From Hypanus sabinus (Eukaryota), in contig NC_082715.1 of NCBI RefSeq assembly GCF_030144855.1, positions 39,680,001-39,744,000 on the forward strand: DNA of 64,000 nt, read 5' to 3'. Below are positions 51,216 through 64,000 of the stretch, one piece after another. Position 1 is the first letter of the stretch, and each line of letters opens with the position of its first letter. The translations under genes were made by a program, and so were the position numbers. The notes below the pieces were generated by a model. The model ran no database searches. It saw only the letters and a list, made by a program, of their open reading frames with translations, and was not told the origin of the DNA.

Positions 51216-52999
51216 ATGTACAAGATCATAATGAGGTAGATTGTGAGGCTAAAAGTCCATCTTATTGCACACGAGGTCCTTTCAGGACTCTGAAAGCAGT
51301 GGATGGAAGCTGTCTTTAAGCCTGGTGGCACGTTCCTTCAGGCTTTTGTATCTTCTGCCCCATGAGAGTAGGGAGAAGAGTGGATGTCTGGGGCGGGTGG
51401 AGACTTTGATTATGCTGGCTGTTTTACTGATCCAGCGAGAAGTATAGACAGGTTTCATACAGGGATGTGACGTGCTGACATGTTCCATGACATGCTGCAC
51501 AACCCTTTGCAGTTTCTTGTGGTCATATACAGAGCAATTGTCATACCAAGTTGTTACACATCCAGATATAATTACTTCAATGATTCATCAATTAAAATCA
51601 GTAAGAGTTGATGGGGACGTGACAAATTTCTTTAGCCTCCTTAGGAAGTAAAGTTCAAAGTAAATTTTATTCTCGAAGTGTATGTATATATATATAAAAT
51701 CACCATATTCAACCCTGAGATTCATCTTCTTGTACTCATACTCAATAAATCTATAGAATAACCATAACAGAATCAGTGAAAGACTGCCCAACTGGGATGT
51801 TCAACCAGTGTGCAGAAGACAGCAAACTGTATAAATACAAAAAGAAGAAATAATAATAAATAATAAATGACTAAGCAACAAATATTGAGAACATGAGATG
51901 AAGAGTCCTTGGAAGTGAGTTCATTGGCTGTGCGAACATTTCAATGATGGGGCAAGTGAAGTTGAGTGAAGCTATCCCCTTTGGTTCAAGAGACTGACAA
52001 TTGAAGGGTAATAACTGTTCCTGAACCTGGTGGTGTGAGTCCTGAGGCTCCTCCACCTTCTTGCTGATGGTAGAAATCAGTGAGAAGAAATCATGTCCTG
52101 GGTGGCGACGGTCCCTGACGAAGAGTGCTGTTTCCTGCGGCAGTGCTTCATGTAGATATGCTCAAAAGTACGTTGGTGAGCGACGTTTGAACCAGCAGAG
52201 GGAACTGGAACTCAGAATCCTCTCAGCCTCAATACCAGTGATATAAACGGGAGCATGTGCACTGTCCCTTTCCTGAAGTCAATGATCTGCTCTTTTCTTT
52301 TGTTGACATTGAGGGAGAGGTTGTCGTCATGACACCATGTCACTAAGCTCTCGACCTCCTTCCTATACCCTGACTCATTACTATTTGAGATACGGCCCAC
52401 TAAGGTGGTATTATTTGCAAAACTGTAATTGGAATTAGAGCAGAATTTGGCCATGTAGTCATGAGTGTGGAGCAGGGCAGATGAGGACACACCTTGTGAA
52501 ACACCAGTGTCTGGAATAACTGTGGTTGAGGTGTTTCCGCCTATCCTTACTGATTGAGTCTTTTAGTCCAGAGGTCAAGGATCCAGTTGCAGAGGGAGGC
52601 ATTGATGCCCAGGATCCAGAGTGTGGTGATGAGTTTACCTGGAATTATAGTACTGAAGGTAGGACAGTGTCAATAAACCATAATCTTTGCTGTCTTTACC
52701 ATCTAGATGCTCTGGGGATGAGTGTAGTACCATGGAGATGGTGTATGCTGTAGACTTGTTCTGGCCATAGGAAAATTGTAGTGGGCCAGGTTGATCTTGG
52801 TATCTGTTAATCTTGACAGAACAAACAACAAAACAAATAGGAATATAAATGACAGAGAACACTGATTATTCAAATTACCGTGGATTCTGCAATTTCAAAT
52901 AATTGTTTGTATGATTGAAAAGGTAATTTTATTTAATTTTTCAGAAGGCCAATTTGGGGATTGTTTACTTTTCTATCAAACATGTGGAGTAGATTCCTG

Positions 53000-53320
53000 A
53001 AGCAGAAGCTCTTTTCCAAATCCTGTCATGGGATGACATCGCCAGAGACGGAAAATATTCATGAATGTGCTCAAAGCTCCACTGACAAAATACAACATCC
53101 CAGCACAGATTCTTGGAAACTTTGGCCTCTGACTGCTCAAAGAAGCTTTCAGAATGCCAAGACCATGAGTCAAGAGCACACAGATTTCTGTATAAGTGAT
53201 GGGAAGACTGTAGCACCACAAAATATCCATTTGCCCGCTCCATCAATTACCTTCTATCCCATCTGAGGCAAAGTCTGCAGTTCACACATTGGCCTCATCA
53301 GCTACCTCTGAAGCCAGGGA
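53000..53320 (+). mobile_element. RTE LINE 3' fragment
   Basis: RKIFMNVLKA.L.KYNI...ETLASDCS; terminal KVCSSHIGLIS zinc-finger-like remnant. Confidence 0.65.
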
Positions 53321-53689
53321 AAAAGCAGAACATATAACATAAAATAAGGATTAAGCCTTCATGATTGTGGATTGTTGCCTGTTCGAACAAAGAAGAGAAT
53401 TTATTTTCAATTACATTATTTTTCTCATGTAAATTCAGGGTGGGAATTTTAATTGTTAATCCATTAAAACTGCAGGCAAAACAATACTTTTAAAATAGAG
53501 AAATGTTGAGGTCATAGGACCAAGGCAGGGAGGGTCAGGTTATTGAGAAAACCACTGAGCTTAACATGTATAATGTCTTCTCTGGCTTCCAGTATACCAA
53601 AACGACTGACGAGAAGTGTACAGTGGAATTGCACATGATTTGGAATCAGAAACACAGCTTTTCCTGATGCAGATTAGTAACTCAACTAG

Positions 53690-54800
53690 GGTGCGCTCTA
53701 AATAGTTATTAAATTGCAAATGACATATAATTCAAAGGTATAACAAAAAGAAGGTAGGAAGACACTTTGGAAGATGTATTCAGGTTGGTGGAATAGTCAG
53801 ATAGGTGGAAAATGTAACTTAATTCTGAAAAATGTTATTTACAATTTGATAGGAGGAATAAAAAAGTAATATATACAAGGGAGCATAATTCTAAAAGGGG
53901 TTCAAGAAAAGAATGATCTGGGGGTGGAGTAATATTTGTTTGTTGCAAGAAGGACAAGTTGAAAAAGATGATTAAAAACATACTGGATTTGGGGCTGCAA
54001 AAATAACATTCAGGGAGTATAAGGCAAGGACATCAGGATGAACTTTTATTAGACAATGGCTTAGCCTCAATGCGAATACAGTATCAAATCCATTTCAGGG
54101 TGCTACATTTTGGAAGGAATGTGGAGACTAGAAATTGCAGAAATGATTTACCACAAAGATCATAGGACTGAGAGACTAAAGTGATGCAGATGATTCTGAG
54201 GAGATAAAATAGAGATAATTAAAATAATAAAATATATTAAACAGAGTGGACGCAGAGAAATTCTCAGAGGAGTGAAGAACCAGGGACATGGGATGAAAGT
54301 GACTGTCAAAAGGACTAAAAATGTGTGAGGAATTTTTTTTGATGCTGCAGGTGATTGGGTCTGGAATGGACTGGATTTTTTTAAGCCAGAGGCTGAGAAT
54401 CTATGGAATTCGTTGTCAGTCATGGCTGTGGAGACCAAATCATCAGGTATATTGAAAGCAGAGGTTGGTAGGTTCTTGATTAGTAAGGGTGTTATAGGTT
54501 TTGGAGTGAAGATAGGAGAATGGAGTTGAGAGGGAAAATAAAATCAGCCATGAACGAGTGTTGCAGAAGAATATCGGGGTGAAAGGCCTAATTCTGCTCC
54601 GATGTCACATGACCTAATGAAGGCACGTTCAAAGAAAGTGTGCAGAAGAAGATGGATTTATGTCTGAAAGGAAAGAATTTGCTGGAGTTTGGGGAGGGTA
54701 TGTAGAGTGGATCTGATTAGAATTTTCTTCCAGGGAACGAGTACGGACTTGATAGGCCACATAGCCTCTTTCAACGCAGTAACCATTCTGTCATTCTGAA
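53690..54800 (+). mobile_element. Old CR1 3' part with a younger CR1 tail inserted (about 54380-54620)
   Basis: Decayed KLQMT / W.M.FN.EKC-like motifs; insert aatctatggaattcgttgtcag...ggcctaattctgctcc. Confidence 0.65.
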
Positions 54801-56336
54801 GTGCAATTGTTTTCTTCACTCTGGAACAAATAACTTGAAAATCCCCGTGTGCTCTTAGCATTTCTTACTTATAATAATAAACCAAGAAGTTTCACTTCTA
54901 CAGCCTTCCTTGAGTCACAGTTTGAAATCTGTGTGGACAGAGAAGATTGTTGTCAGCTGCTTGAACACATACTACCAGCCCATGATTATCAGACAGTCTG
55001 TGGGACAATGATGGATGCAATGTATTTCTTACAGTGATATTACGTTTTCCCACATTAGTCCAAAACACACTTTCCAGGAACTTCTTTGGTGTTCTCCTGA
55101 TGCAAAATCCACAGAAAAATGTATAACTTCTTTTGCATTTTTTTGCTGAAATAACGGTATTTAAATGGAGCTATCCCATAGACGGTGTGAGTAATCAAGT
55201 TTATTATTGTGCATTTGCTTTGAACTGATATCAGTCAATAATGGAGAGGCCAACTCTCTAGAGTTCATTAAGAAATAAAAACTAACCTGCATGACATAAA
55301 CGATGAGCAAGCCAGGAGAAAGAAGATATCGTAAAGATAAATATATTTTGTTTTAATTTGTTTCAGGGTTCAGTTTTGTGTGCCAGTTACAAAAGTACCA
55401 GACATAGAGGAAAATGGACTGTTAAACTAATTGTCCACAATCATTCAGCTGTTCAAGTAATGGAGGGATGATTCACTTTCTGTTTGGCTGGTGAAGACGA
55501 TATACCAAGGTAATGGATATATTTGGATGACTAATAGATGGGACGACACCTCCAAAAATTTTTGCAACATCAAAAAAGGAGCACGATTCTCAAAATTCAG
55601 ATCGCACCTGGTAATGTTTTAAGCAAGAAGAAATACAACATTACAGTCTATAGAGATTGGAAGTAAAACAAAATAGAATATTATGCTGATAACAGACAAC
55701 TATTGCAGATACTCTGCTGTTCTATAGGAATATGTTTCTTCACAGCAACTGGAACTCTTTCTATAGGACAAGGATGCCAACAATTCTTGTATAATTAATA
55801 CAGCAGATTTATAATCAATTGCGTAGGGGATGTTATCTCTGATTGTGCTATACAAAATAGCGCAGTACAGTTTCTCTCTTCAGGAAGAAACTGGAATTTG
55901 GAATTATTTTTTGAATTGTCGCTGGAAAGCGCATCACCTCATAAACTGTCCACCTGATTACTGTGTCAGTCATTCCTTGTCGTATACATAGTCCAATTCC
56001 CACATGAGCCTTTTCATTTGGAAGGATGAATTCATCATTCACACAGGTACTCTGAAGTCAATTCCTCAGGATTCACTGATTCCAAAGCATTGACACCAGG
56101 TTTCAAACCTGTCAACTGTAAACCAAGTCCATTTAATCTACTTATTGTAAAGTCAAGAATAAGCAAAGCTCAAGAAATTGGAAAATAACTTTGTGACTGG
56201 GCAACTCTAATAGTTGTCATGGTGAGAGAACGAGTATATTTACATATAATAAGTAAATAAGCCATGACATTTCCATTGCAGAAAAGAATGTAAGTGCTAC
56301 ATTTTGACCTGCCATGTTGGACCAAAATATATTACA

Positions 56337-57500
56337 TAGAAACACAGAAATCTACAGCACATTACAGGCCCTTCGGCCCATAATTTTGTGCCAACCAAGT
56401 AACCCACTCTGGCAGCTGCCTAGAATTTCCCTAGCACATAGCTCTCTATTATTCTAAGCTCCATGTACCTCTCTAAGAATCTCTTAAAAGACCCTATTGT
56501 ATCTTCTTCTACCACTTTCGCTGGCAGTGCATTCTATGCACCTGCCACTTTCTTTGTGAAAATCTTGCCTCTGACATCCCCCTTGTAACTACTTCCAAGC
56601 ACCTTAAAACTATGCCCAAAACAGCCATTTCAGCCCTGGGGAAAAATACCTCTGGCTGTCCGCATGATCAATGCCCCTCATCAGCTTATACAGCTGTCAG
56701 GTCACCTCTCATCCTCCGTCGCTCCAAGGAGAAAAGGCCAAGTTCACTCAACCTATTCTCATAAGGCATGCTCCCCAATCCAGGTAACATCCTTGTAAAA
56801 TCTCCTCTGCACTCTTTCTATAGTATCCACATCCTTTCTGTAATAAGGTGACCAGAATTGAACAGAGTACTCCAAATGGGGCCTAACTAAGGTCTGATAT
56901 AGCTGTAACATTACCTCATGACTCTTAAATTCAATCCTATGGTCGATGAAGGCCAACACACCATAAGCCTTCTTAACAACACTGTCAACCTGTGCAGCAG
57001 CTTTGAGTGTCCTATGGATACAGACCTCCGGGTCTCGCTGATCCTCCACACTGCCAAGAGTCTTACCATTTATATTAAATTATATTATATTCTGTCTTCA
57101 AATTTGACCTGCCAAAATGAACCACTTCACACTTATCTGGTTTGAACTCCATCTGCCACTTCTCAGCCCAGTTCTGCATCCTATCAATGCCACACTGTAA
57201 CCTCTGACAACCCTCCAGACGATCTACAACAACCCCAATTTTTGTATCATTAGCAAATTTACTAATCCTCCACTTCCTCATCCAGGTCATTTATAAAAAT
57301 CACAAAGAGGAGAAATCCCAGAACAGATTCCTGCAGAACTCCATTGGTCACTGACCTCCATGAGAATACAAAGCATTTGCCTTCTGTCGGCAAGCCAATT
57401 CTGGATCCACAACGCAAGGTCTCCTTGGATCCCATGCCTCCTTTCTTTCTAAATGAGCCTTGCATGGGGAACCTTGTCAAATGCCTTGTTGAAATCCATA
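56337..57500 (-). mobile_element. CR1 RT 3' part
   Basis: FINDLDEE, SKFANDTK, LVRPHLEYSVQFWSP. Confidence 0.92.
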
Positions 57501-58228
57501 TTATGCACCCATGTTTAAAAGCTCCTCACCACCATCAGCTCAGATTTTGTTGGAGACAGTCTTTACTCGTTGGGGATTGCCAAGGAGTTTTGAATCAGAT
57601 CAAAATCCGCACTTCACTGCACATGTGATGCAAAATTTGATGAGACTGTATGAGATAAAATAAAGGTTCCATATCCCTCATCAAAACCAGTCCAGTGGAA
57701 TTGTTGAACGGATGAATAGGACTTTGAAGACAACATTAGCCAAAATGGCTAAACAACATAGGACCACAAGGGTCACGGTCTTACCCTATGTCTTTATGAT
57801 TCTCCGTACCACCGAAGCTTCTTCTCCTGTGAAGTTGATGACCCGGAGAGAAATGAGAGGGTTAGAATTCCTGGTTGGACTAGGTTTATTACATCCTGAG
57901 TATGATGGTATTGTAAAGAACAAATGGGTGCAGTAGTTACACTATTAAGGAAGCCCATTATGTCACAGCCCATAATATGGGACAGAAGAAATAGCAGAGT
58001 AAAACTTATTTTGGTGTGTGAACAAAACTTAGAAAGTTGGAGATAGGACAGAAGTTTATGATCTCTGTATATCAGCCAGGCTCTTTTACATGTCTGAGAT
58101 TTGTGGGACCATATGATGTAATTGACAGAGCCAGTCCATCAGTTCCTCTCATCCAGACTGCACCAAATAAGTTAGGTTGGTATCATATCAACCAGTTTAA
58201 ATCCCTTGGAGACAATATTCTCTGGTAG
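57500..58228 (+). pseudogene. Retroviral/Gypsy-type integrase remnant (core plus GPY/F)
   Basis: VFTRWGLPRSFESDQNPHF...FHIPHQNQSSGIVERMNRTLK with D-35-E spacing and one stop; FVGPYDVI...WYHINQFK. Confidence 0.85.
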
Positions 58229-59152
58229 CTGAGGTTCATAAAGCACATTGTCAATGGGATGCTCTGGACCGAGATGATGATACACGTTGATTTGTTTCAG
58301 ACAATTGATGATGATAAGGATGAAGGTTGCATCCTCAGTTACTTTGGCAACCATTTCTAGTTTGTACCTGGAGGTTAAGGATAGTCCACTTCATACTCAG
58401 TATCAAGAAGGAAGGGTTAAGGCTGGGCAATCTTTACAGTTGCCTAAGCCAAAGCAAAGATAATGGAAGAGAGAAGCAGATGGAAGATTGTGTTCATCAC
58501 CAGATATTCTGGAAATACAGCAGGGGATAGAAACCTTGAATTCAGAGGAGGTACAGCATTCGATAACTAGAGAAGTACAGAAACTGCTCTTGATGTTTTT
58601 ATTTCCAGGTGTTCAGAGATGATTGGGGTTGGAATACTACAGATTAATGATCTCATATAATGGTTGAAGGCTCTATCGAAGATTGCATGTAATATGAATT
58701 AAATTGTGAATGACTGACTGTTGACATTTGTGGTTGAATAACAGTGATAAGGGGAAAAGATGAGAGTACTGGGATAACAGTGGGCATCATGTTTTATTGT
58801 GAATATAATGATATTGTTGATAAGGACACAAATCAGAAGTAAGGTTAAGGGTTACCCTAACCCAGGTAACTCAGTCCCAATGGCCCTGGAGCTCGAAGGT
58901 TTCCCATATATACCTTACTTCATGGTGTGAATGACAACAACTGATAACCCAACCATCACATTGCCAACTGATGCAAGTCCTTTGTTGTGTGATGAGGTTT
59001 GGAACTACAAAGGGAGTAAAATTGGTTCTTTTCATCAAAAAGGAGAATAATGGGTTTATCGTGAGGATTTAATTAAGAATGGGTAAACAAATTGTGGTTT
59101 TGTTTCTTATGTGACTGAACCCATATACTGGAATTTGAGAAAGAGAAGCATA

Positions 59153-61268
59153 ACTCAGATGTATTGGTATCACGATGAAATAAAGGGAATTACAGAGGCG
59201 TGGGAGAGGAGCTTGCTCAGGTGGATTGGAGGAGGATACTGGCAGGGATGACAGCAGAGCAGAGATTGCTGAGGTTTCGGGAAATAGTTCACAAGGCCCA
59301 GGATAGATACGTCCCACAGAAGAAGTTCTCAAATAGCTGGGGTAGGTAACCGTGGCTGACGAGGGAAGTTAAGGACTGCATAAAAGCCAAAGAAATGGCA
59401 TATGAGGTAGCAAAAGTGAGTGGGAAGTTGGATAATCAGGAAGCTTTTAAAATCCAACAAAAGGCAGTAAAAAGGGAAAAGATGAAATATGAAAGCCAAC
59501 TAGCCATTAATATAAAGCAGGACCCCCAAAATTTTGCAGTTATATAAAGAATAAAAGGGAGGTGAGAATTGATATTGGACCACTGGAAAATGATGCTGGT
59601 GAGGTAGTAAATGGGGGCAAAGAAATGGCAATAAAGTTAATGGGTACTTTGAATCAGTCTTCACTGTGGAAGACACTAGCAGTGTTCCAGGGATTGTTGA
59701 GTGTCAGGGAGCAGGAGTGAGTGCCATTGCGATTACAAAGAAAAAAGTGCTAGGCAAACTCAAAGGCCTTAAAGTGGATAAGTCACCTGGACCAGATGGA
59801 CTACATCCCACTGTCCTCAGAGAGGTTGCTAAAGAGATAACGGATGCACTGGTCATGATCTTTCAAGAATCACTTGATTCTAGCATGGTCCTGGTAGACT
59901 GGAAGGAAATTGTAGGCCAGTTAGCCTAACCTCAGCGTTGGAGTCTATCAATAAGGATGAAGTTTTTGGGTACTTGGATAAAATAAGCCAGAGTCAGCAT
60001 GGTTTCTGTAAAGGGAAATCTTGCCTGACAAATCTGTTAGAGTTCTTTTAGGAAGTAACAAGCTGAGTGAGACAAAGGAGAGGCAATGGATGTCATTTAC
60101 TTGGATTTTCAGAAGGCATTTGATAAAGTGCTGCACATAAGGCTGCTTAACAAAATAAAATCCTATGGCATTAGAAGAAAGATACTGGCATGGATAGGGG
60201 AATGGCTGACAGGCAGGAGGTAGTGAGTAGGAATGAATGAGGCCTTTTCTGGTTAGCTGCCATTGACTAGTGGTGTCTCTCAGGGGTCAGTATTGGGACA
60301 ATTACTTTTCACATTGTTTGTCAATGATTTGGATAATGGAATTGATGGCTTTCTGGCAATGTTTGCAGATGATAAGAAAAAAGGTGGAGGAGTAGCTAAT
60401 GCTGAGGAAGCAATGTGATAGCAGTAGGACTTAGGCAAATTGGAAGAATGGGCAAAAAAGTGCCAGATGGAATATAGTGTTGGGGAATGTATGATAATGC
60501 TTTTGGATAAAAGGAACAATAGTGCGGACTATCTAAATGGGGAGAAGAAGTGCAGAGGGACTTGGGAGTCCCCGTGCCAGACTCCCAGATGTTAATTTAC
60601 AGGTTCAGTCTGTGGTAAAGAAGGCAAATGCAATGTTGGCATTTATTTCAAGGGGAATAGAATATAAAAGCAAGAAGATAATGCTGAGCCTCTATAAGAC
60701 ACAAGTCTGGCTGCACTTGGAGTATTGTCAACAGTTTTGGACTCCATATCTCAGAAAGGATGTGTTGTCATTGCGAGAGTCCAGAGGACCTTCACAAGGA
60801 TGATTCTGGGAATGAAGGGGTTAACATATGAGGAGCGTTTGACAGCTTTGGGCCTGTACTCACTGGAATTTAGAAGAATGTCGGGGTGATCTCACTGAAA
60901 CCTATTGAATGTTGAAATGACTAGACAGTGTGGATGTGGAGAGGATGTTCCCTCTGGTGGGGGTATCCAGATCTAGAGGGCACAGCCTCAAAATTGAGGG
61001 GCAACCATTTAGAACAGAGGTAAGGAGGATTTTTTTCAGCCAGAGAGTAGTGAATCTGTGGAATGCTCTGCCAGAGACTGTGGTGGAGGCCAAGTCGGAG
61101 GGTATATTTAAGGCAGAAGTTGATTGTTTCCTGATCAGTCAGGGCATCAAAGGATCTGGCGAGAAGGAAGTGTATGGGGTTGAGCAGGATCCAGGATCAG
61201 CCATGTTGGAATTGCAGAGCAGACTCAATCGGTTAAATGGCCCATTTCTGCTCCTATGTCTGATGGCC
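59153..61268 (+). mobile_element. CR1 LINE ORF2 (5'-truncated) to 3' tail
   Basis: KSPGPDGLHP, YLDFQKAFDKV, FADD, HLEYCQQFW, FFSQRVVNLWNALP. Confidence 0.93.
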
Positions 61269-61487
61269 TTATTATGTGCCACGTTGTGTGACTTAGGCGA
61301 TCGTGGTTGTTGGCTGTGATTGGTCTTGACAAATTCTTCCATAGAAGTGGTTTGCCATTGTCTTCTTCTGGGCAATGTCTTTATAAGACAGGTGACCCCA
61401 GCCATTATCAATACCCTTCAGAGATTGTCTGCCCGGCGTCAGTGGTCACAGAGGACTTGTGATATGCTCCAGCTGCTCATACAACCA
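61268..61487 (-). mobile_element. Second, 5'-truncated copy of the RTE-related short element
   Basis: Collinear with 44627-44853. Confidence 0.7.
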
Positions 61488-61819
61488 AAATAGAAGTCCT
61501 ATTGTATTGTAAATATAATTGTTGTAAAAATTTGTAAGCAGTTCCAAAATAATTTGAGGTCCATCCCAAAATACATTGCGAGACCAAGGAGTTATTTTAG
61601 AGACAGAGTGAAAACAGATACTAAGTGGGTCACACACTGTAAAGGATATGCCTGATTGAAAGCCTGGTTCCTGCCTGCATTGTTGTGGCTAACTGTTGAA
61701 AATCACGATCTGCATATTCCTGGAGAGGTTAAGCTGAAGACACACACAGCATTCACTTGGTCAAACACCCACTTTTACCGAACGTGGAGAGTTAATGGTT
61801 AATGGGTAACACCATGTAT

Positions 61820-62052
61820 GAGAACATAGAACACTACTAACAGAGCTTTCGGCTCACAATGTTGTGCTGAACTTTTAACCCTTTTCCATGATCAATCTAA
61901 CCCTTCCATCCTACGTAGGCCTCCATTTTTTTGTTTCGTCCATGTGCCTAACATAAGAGTCTCCTAAATGTCCCTAATGCATCTGCTTCTACCATCGCAT
62001 TGGAAGCACATTCTACACACCCACTACTCTCTGTGTGAAATATCTGCCTCTC
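61820..62052 (-). mobile_element. CR1 3' end
   Basis: gagaacatagaac tail; MVEADALGTFRRLL. Confidence 0.75.
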
Positions 62053-62384
62053 AATCAGTCTGATTGTGGGGGTGTAGGTGCTTGCTCCATCCCAAACCCA
62101 TGGAGGAAAGGAAGTCAGGGTGGAGAACAACCGAAGAACATGTGAGGACATTGTTGAGCAGATGAGGGTTCAGAGGCCTGTTTCCATAGCATGGCTCCAA
62201 TGCTGGAACAGATTTCATCATTTGGCGTTTTAAGGTAGACACAACCTGGATCTCAATGTCAAGGGAAATGAAAGCTACATTCAAGACACATTTTACCTCT
62301 GTCAGACACATTTTACATTTTGTTTTCGAGCACTGTTCAGCATGAGATGCATCTATACAAAATACATGCACACGTACCTGCAAT

Positions 62385-62770
62385 TTTCTTCTTCTTCTTG
62401 TTTTATGGCGGTTGGCACTTAGCTTAATGGTGCATTACCGCCACCTTCTGCCCTGAAGTGTGGATCAGACGACAGACTTACATTCTAAATCCCTGCACCC
62501 TTTCACACACACACATACCCTAATCTACACTTTATCCTTCCTTCTTTGACCATCCTAGTACCCTATTCCTGCTTATCCATCATATCCTATAAAATCCCCT
62601 GTATCCCTTAAGAAAGCTAACAGTACCCTGACCTGTGGTCTCACACCCATGCCCAGTAACACTTTTAATGTGAATTCCTGCACCCCCAATTTCCTTAGAT
62701 TAATTCTCATCATCTCTCTCTGTATCCCATACTTCCCGCAACTCAGAATTACATGTTCTACTGACACCTA
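62385..62770 (-). mobile_element. Nimb/I-group LINE 3' end
   Basis: SVEHVILSCGKY...LLAFLRDTG C-terminal knuckle; UTR GGTGGCGGTAATGCACC; (AAG)n tail. Confidence 0.7.
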
Positions 62771-63639
62771 TCTGTTTGCAGTGGAGTCATATAATAACAT
62801 GCAAGGCCATGATGAGGTAGATTGTGAGGTGAAGAGTCAATCTTATAAAAGAACGTAATTAATTTCTTTGATCTAATACTATATATAATTTCTTAATAGT
62901 TCAGATTCCCTGGTGAAATTTTTTTTATCTTGGAGTATATACATTTTTCAAAAGTTTGGCACTGTTGGTTTACAGTCAAACTCTTCATTCTATTTTCCCA
63001 GTCTATTACGGTACACCATGCCTCATGTTCTTCTATATTCAGATTTAATACCCTAGGTTTCAAATGAAATAGATCACTTTAACTCTTTAAAATAAAAATA
63101 TATGTAATTATTATTGCTGCACTCTGAAGACTCTTGAACTACCAGATCATCAGTTACTGGTTTCTCAGTACTGTTCCCACATTGATTCCTCCACACCTTA
63201 ATTTTTAAAACATCCTGTAAACACTCCATACATTTTTCTTCTCCACTATCATTGCTGATCTGCTTTCCCTTGTCAAAGTGCAGGATTAAAGTCCATGATC
63301 ATTCTCTTATTTTATTCCATTTATACTACCCCAAATTTCATGTTTATACTATACCTTTACTGTTTTTAGGGGGAGGGGAAAGGCCTATAGATAAAACCTA
63401 TTGATGTTTTCTGCTGTCTCTTAGCTCCATCTAAATTGATTCCAACTTTATAATTTTTTAGCTAAGATTTTTCCACTCTACTGCCTTTTCCCCATGCTTT
63501 TCAATCAGGTCTATCCCATCTTCCAGTTCGCTAACTCTTAAGAACTACATGCAAATGTTAGAGCCCTTGACAAACCCTCACTCATGGATGGTAATGCCAT
63601 TGGCAGAACAACTTCAAAGTTTGATGAAAGAAGATGTGC

Positions 63640-63862
63640 CTTTTCATTTAACAGGCAATCATCTGGAGGAGCTCAGCAGGTTAAGAAGTACCCGCAGCAG
63701 AAAATGAATTATAATCCATTCAGTTCGAAACCCTGCATCAGAACGTTTCAAGCTGAAACACTATCAATGGCTGTACCCCCAAAAACGTTGTTCAACCTAC
63801 TGAGTTCCTCCACCTGGTTGACGGTTGCTCCAGATGTCAGAATCTGCTGGCCCTCATGCCCC
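63640..63862. mobile_element. Old fold-back Penelope remnant
   Basis: ggaggagctcagcaggtt ... aacctactgagttcctcc inverted arms with a decayed CTGATG...GAA motif on the minus strand. Confidence 0.55.
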
Positions 63863-64000
63863 CCTTTTGATTTAGCTGGTGCCAAACATCTCTCCTAGGG
63901 TCAGGCTGAAAATCTTGACCTTCAATGTTGTATATAGTATGCATACTTTGATAACAAATGTACTTGAAACTTCGCTAGTCATCCTACGAGGCTGTGGTGG

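Larger units (their letters stand above)
46925..52800 (-). mobile_element. Rex1/Babar LINE hosting a Gypsy (47099-51215) and a second Rex1 3' fragment (about 51648-52170)
   Basis: 3' UTR resumes across the ATGT TSD; frames SWGRRYKSLKERATRLKDSF, WCHDDNLSLNVNK, LQFSY..NKST. Confidence 0.85.

Noticed and set aside
55367-55509. Exon-like segment (tttcag...aag/gtaatg)
   Set aside because: Stops in all three frames; a non-coding exon cannot be shown without RNA data
1-64000. CRISPR arrays, operons, true tRNA or rRNA genes
   Set aside because: None seen; tRNA-like boxes are SINE heads and the DNA is vertebrate

Overview
Eukaryotic, repeat-dense vertebrate DNA with no host protein-coding exon that I can recognise, so it is probably intergenic or deep intronic. 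The repeat mix points to a cartilaginous fish, probably a ray or skate (inference): HER1-like CR1 LINEs, HE1/V-domain tRNA SINEs, Rex1/Babar LINEs and Penelope remnants. Almost every ORF in the track is a decayed TE fragment or noise. The best-resolved elements are: a two-LTR CsRn1-clade Gypsy (47099-51215; tRNA-Trp PBS, CHCC Gag motif, ATGT TSD); a complete Tc1 (29441-31007); a solo LTR with TSD (3712-4518); a Harbinger MITE (21870-22290); and several nested insertions with readable TSDs. The leads most worth checking are: (1) short fold-back Penelope-derived insertions with 15-bp TSDs, one carrying an intact hammerhead-ribozyme core; (2) a retrovirus-like integrase remnant followed by two degenerate env/accessory-like frames (57500-59150); (3) V-core SINEs that appear to carry a Rex1 tail; (4) an RTE-type short element; (5) the GC-rich CsRn1 element. 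I cannot confirm a wholly new system from sequence alone. Boundaries of old repeats are approximate, and family names come from motif recognition, not database searches.
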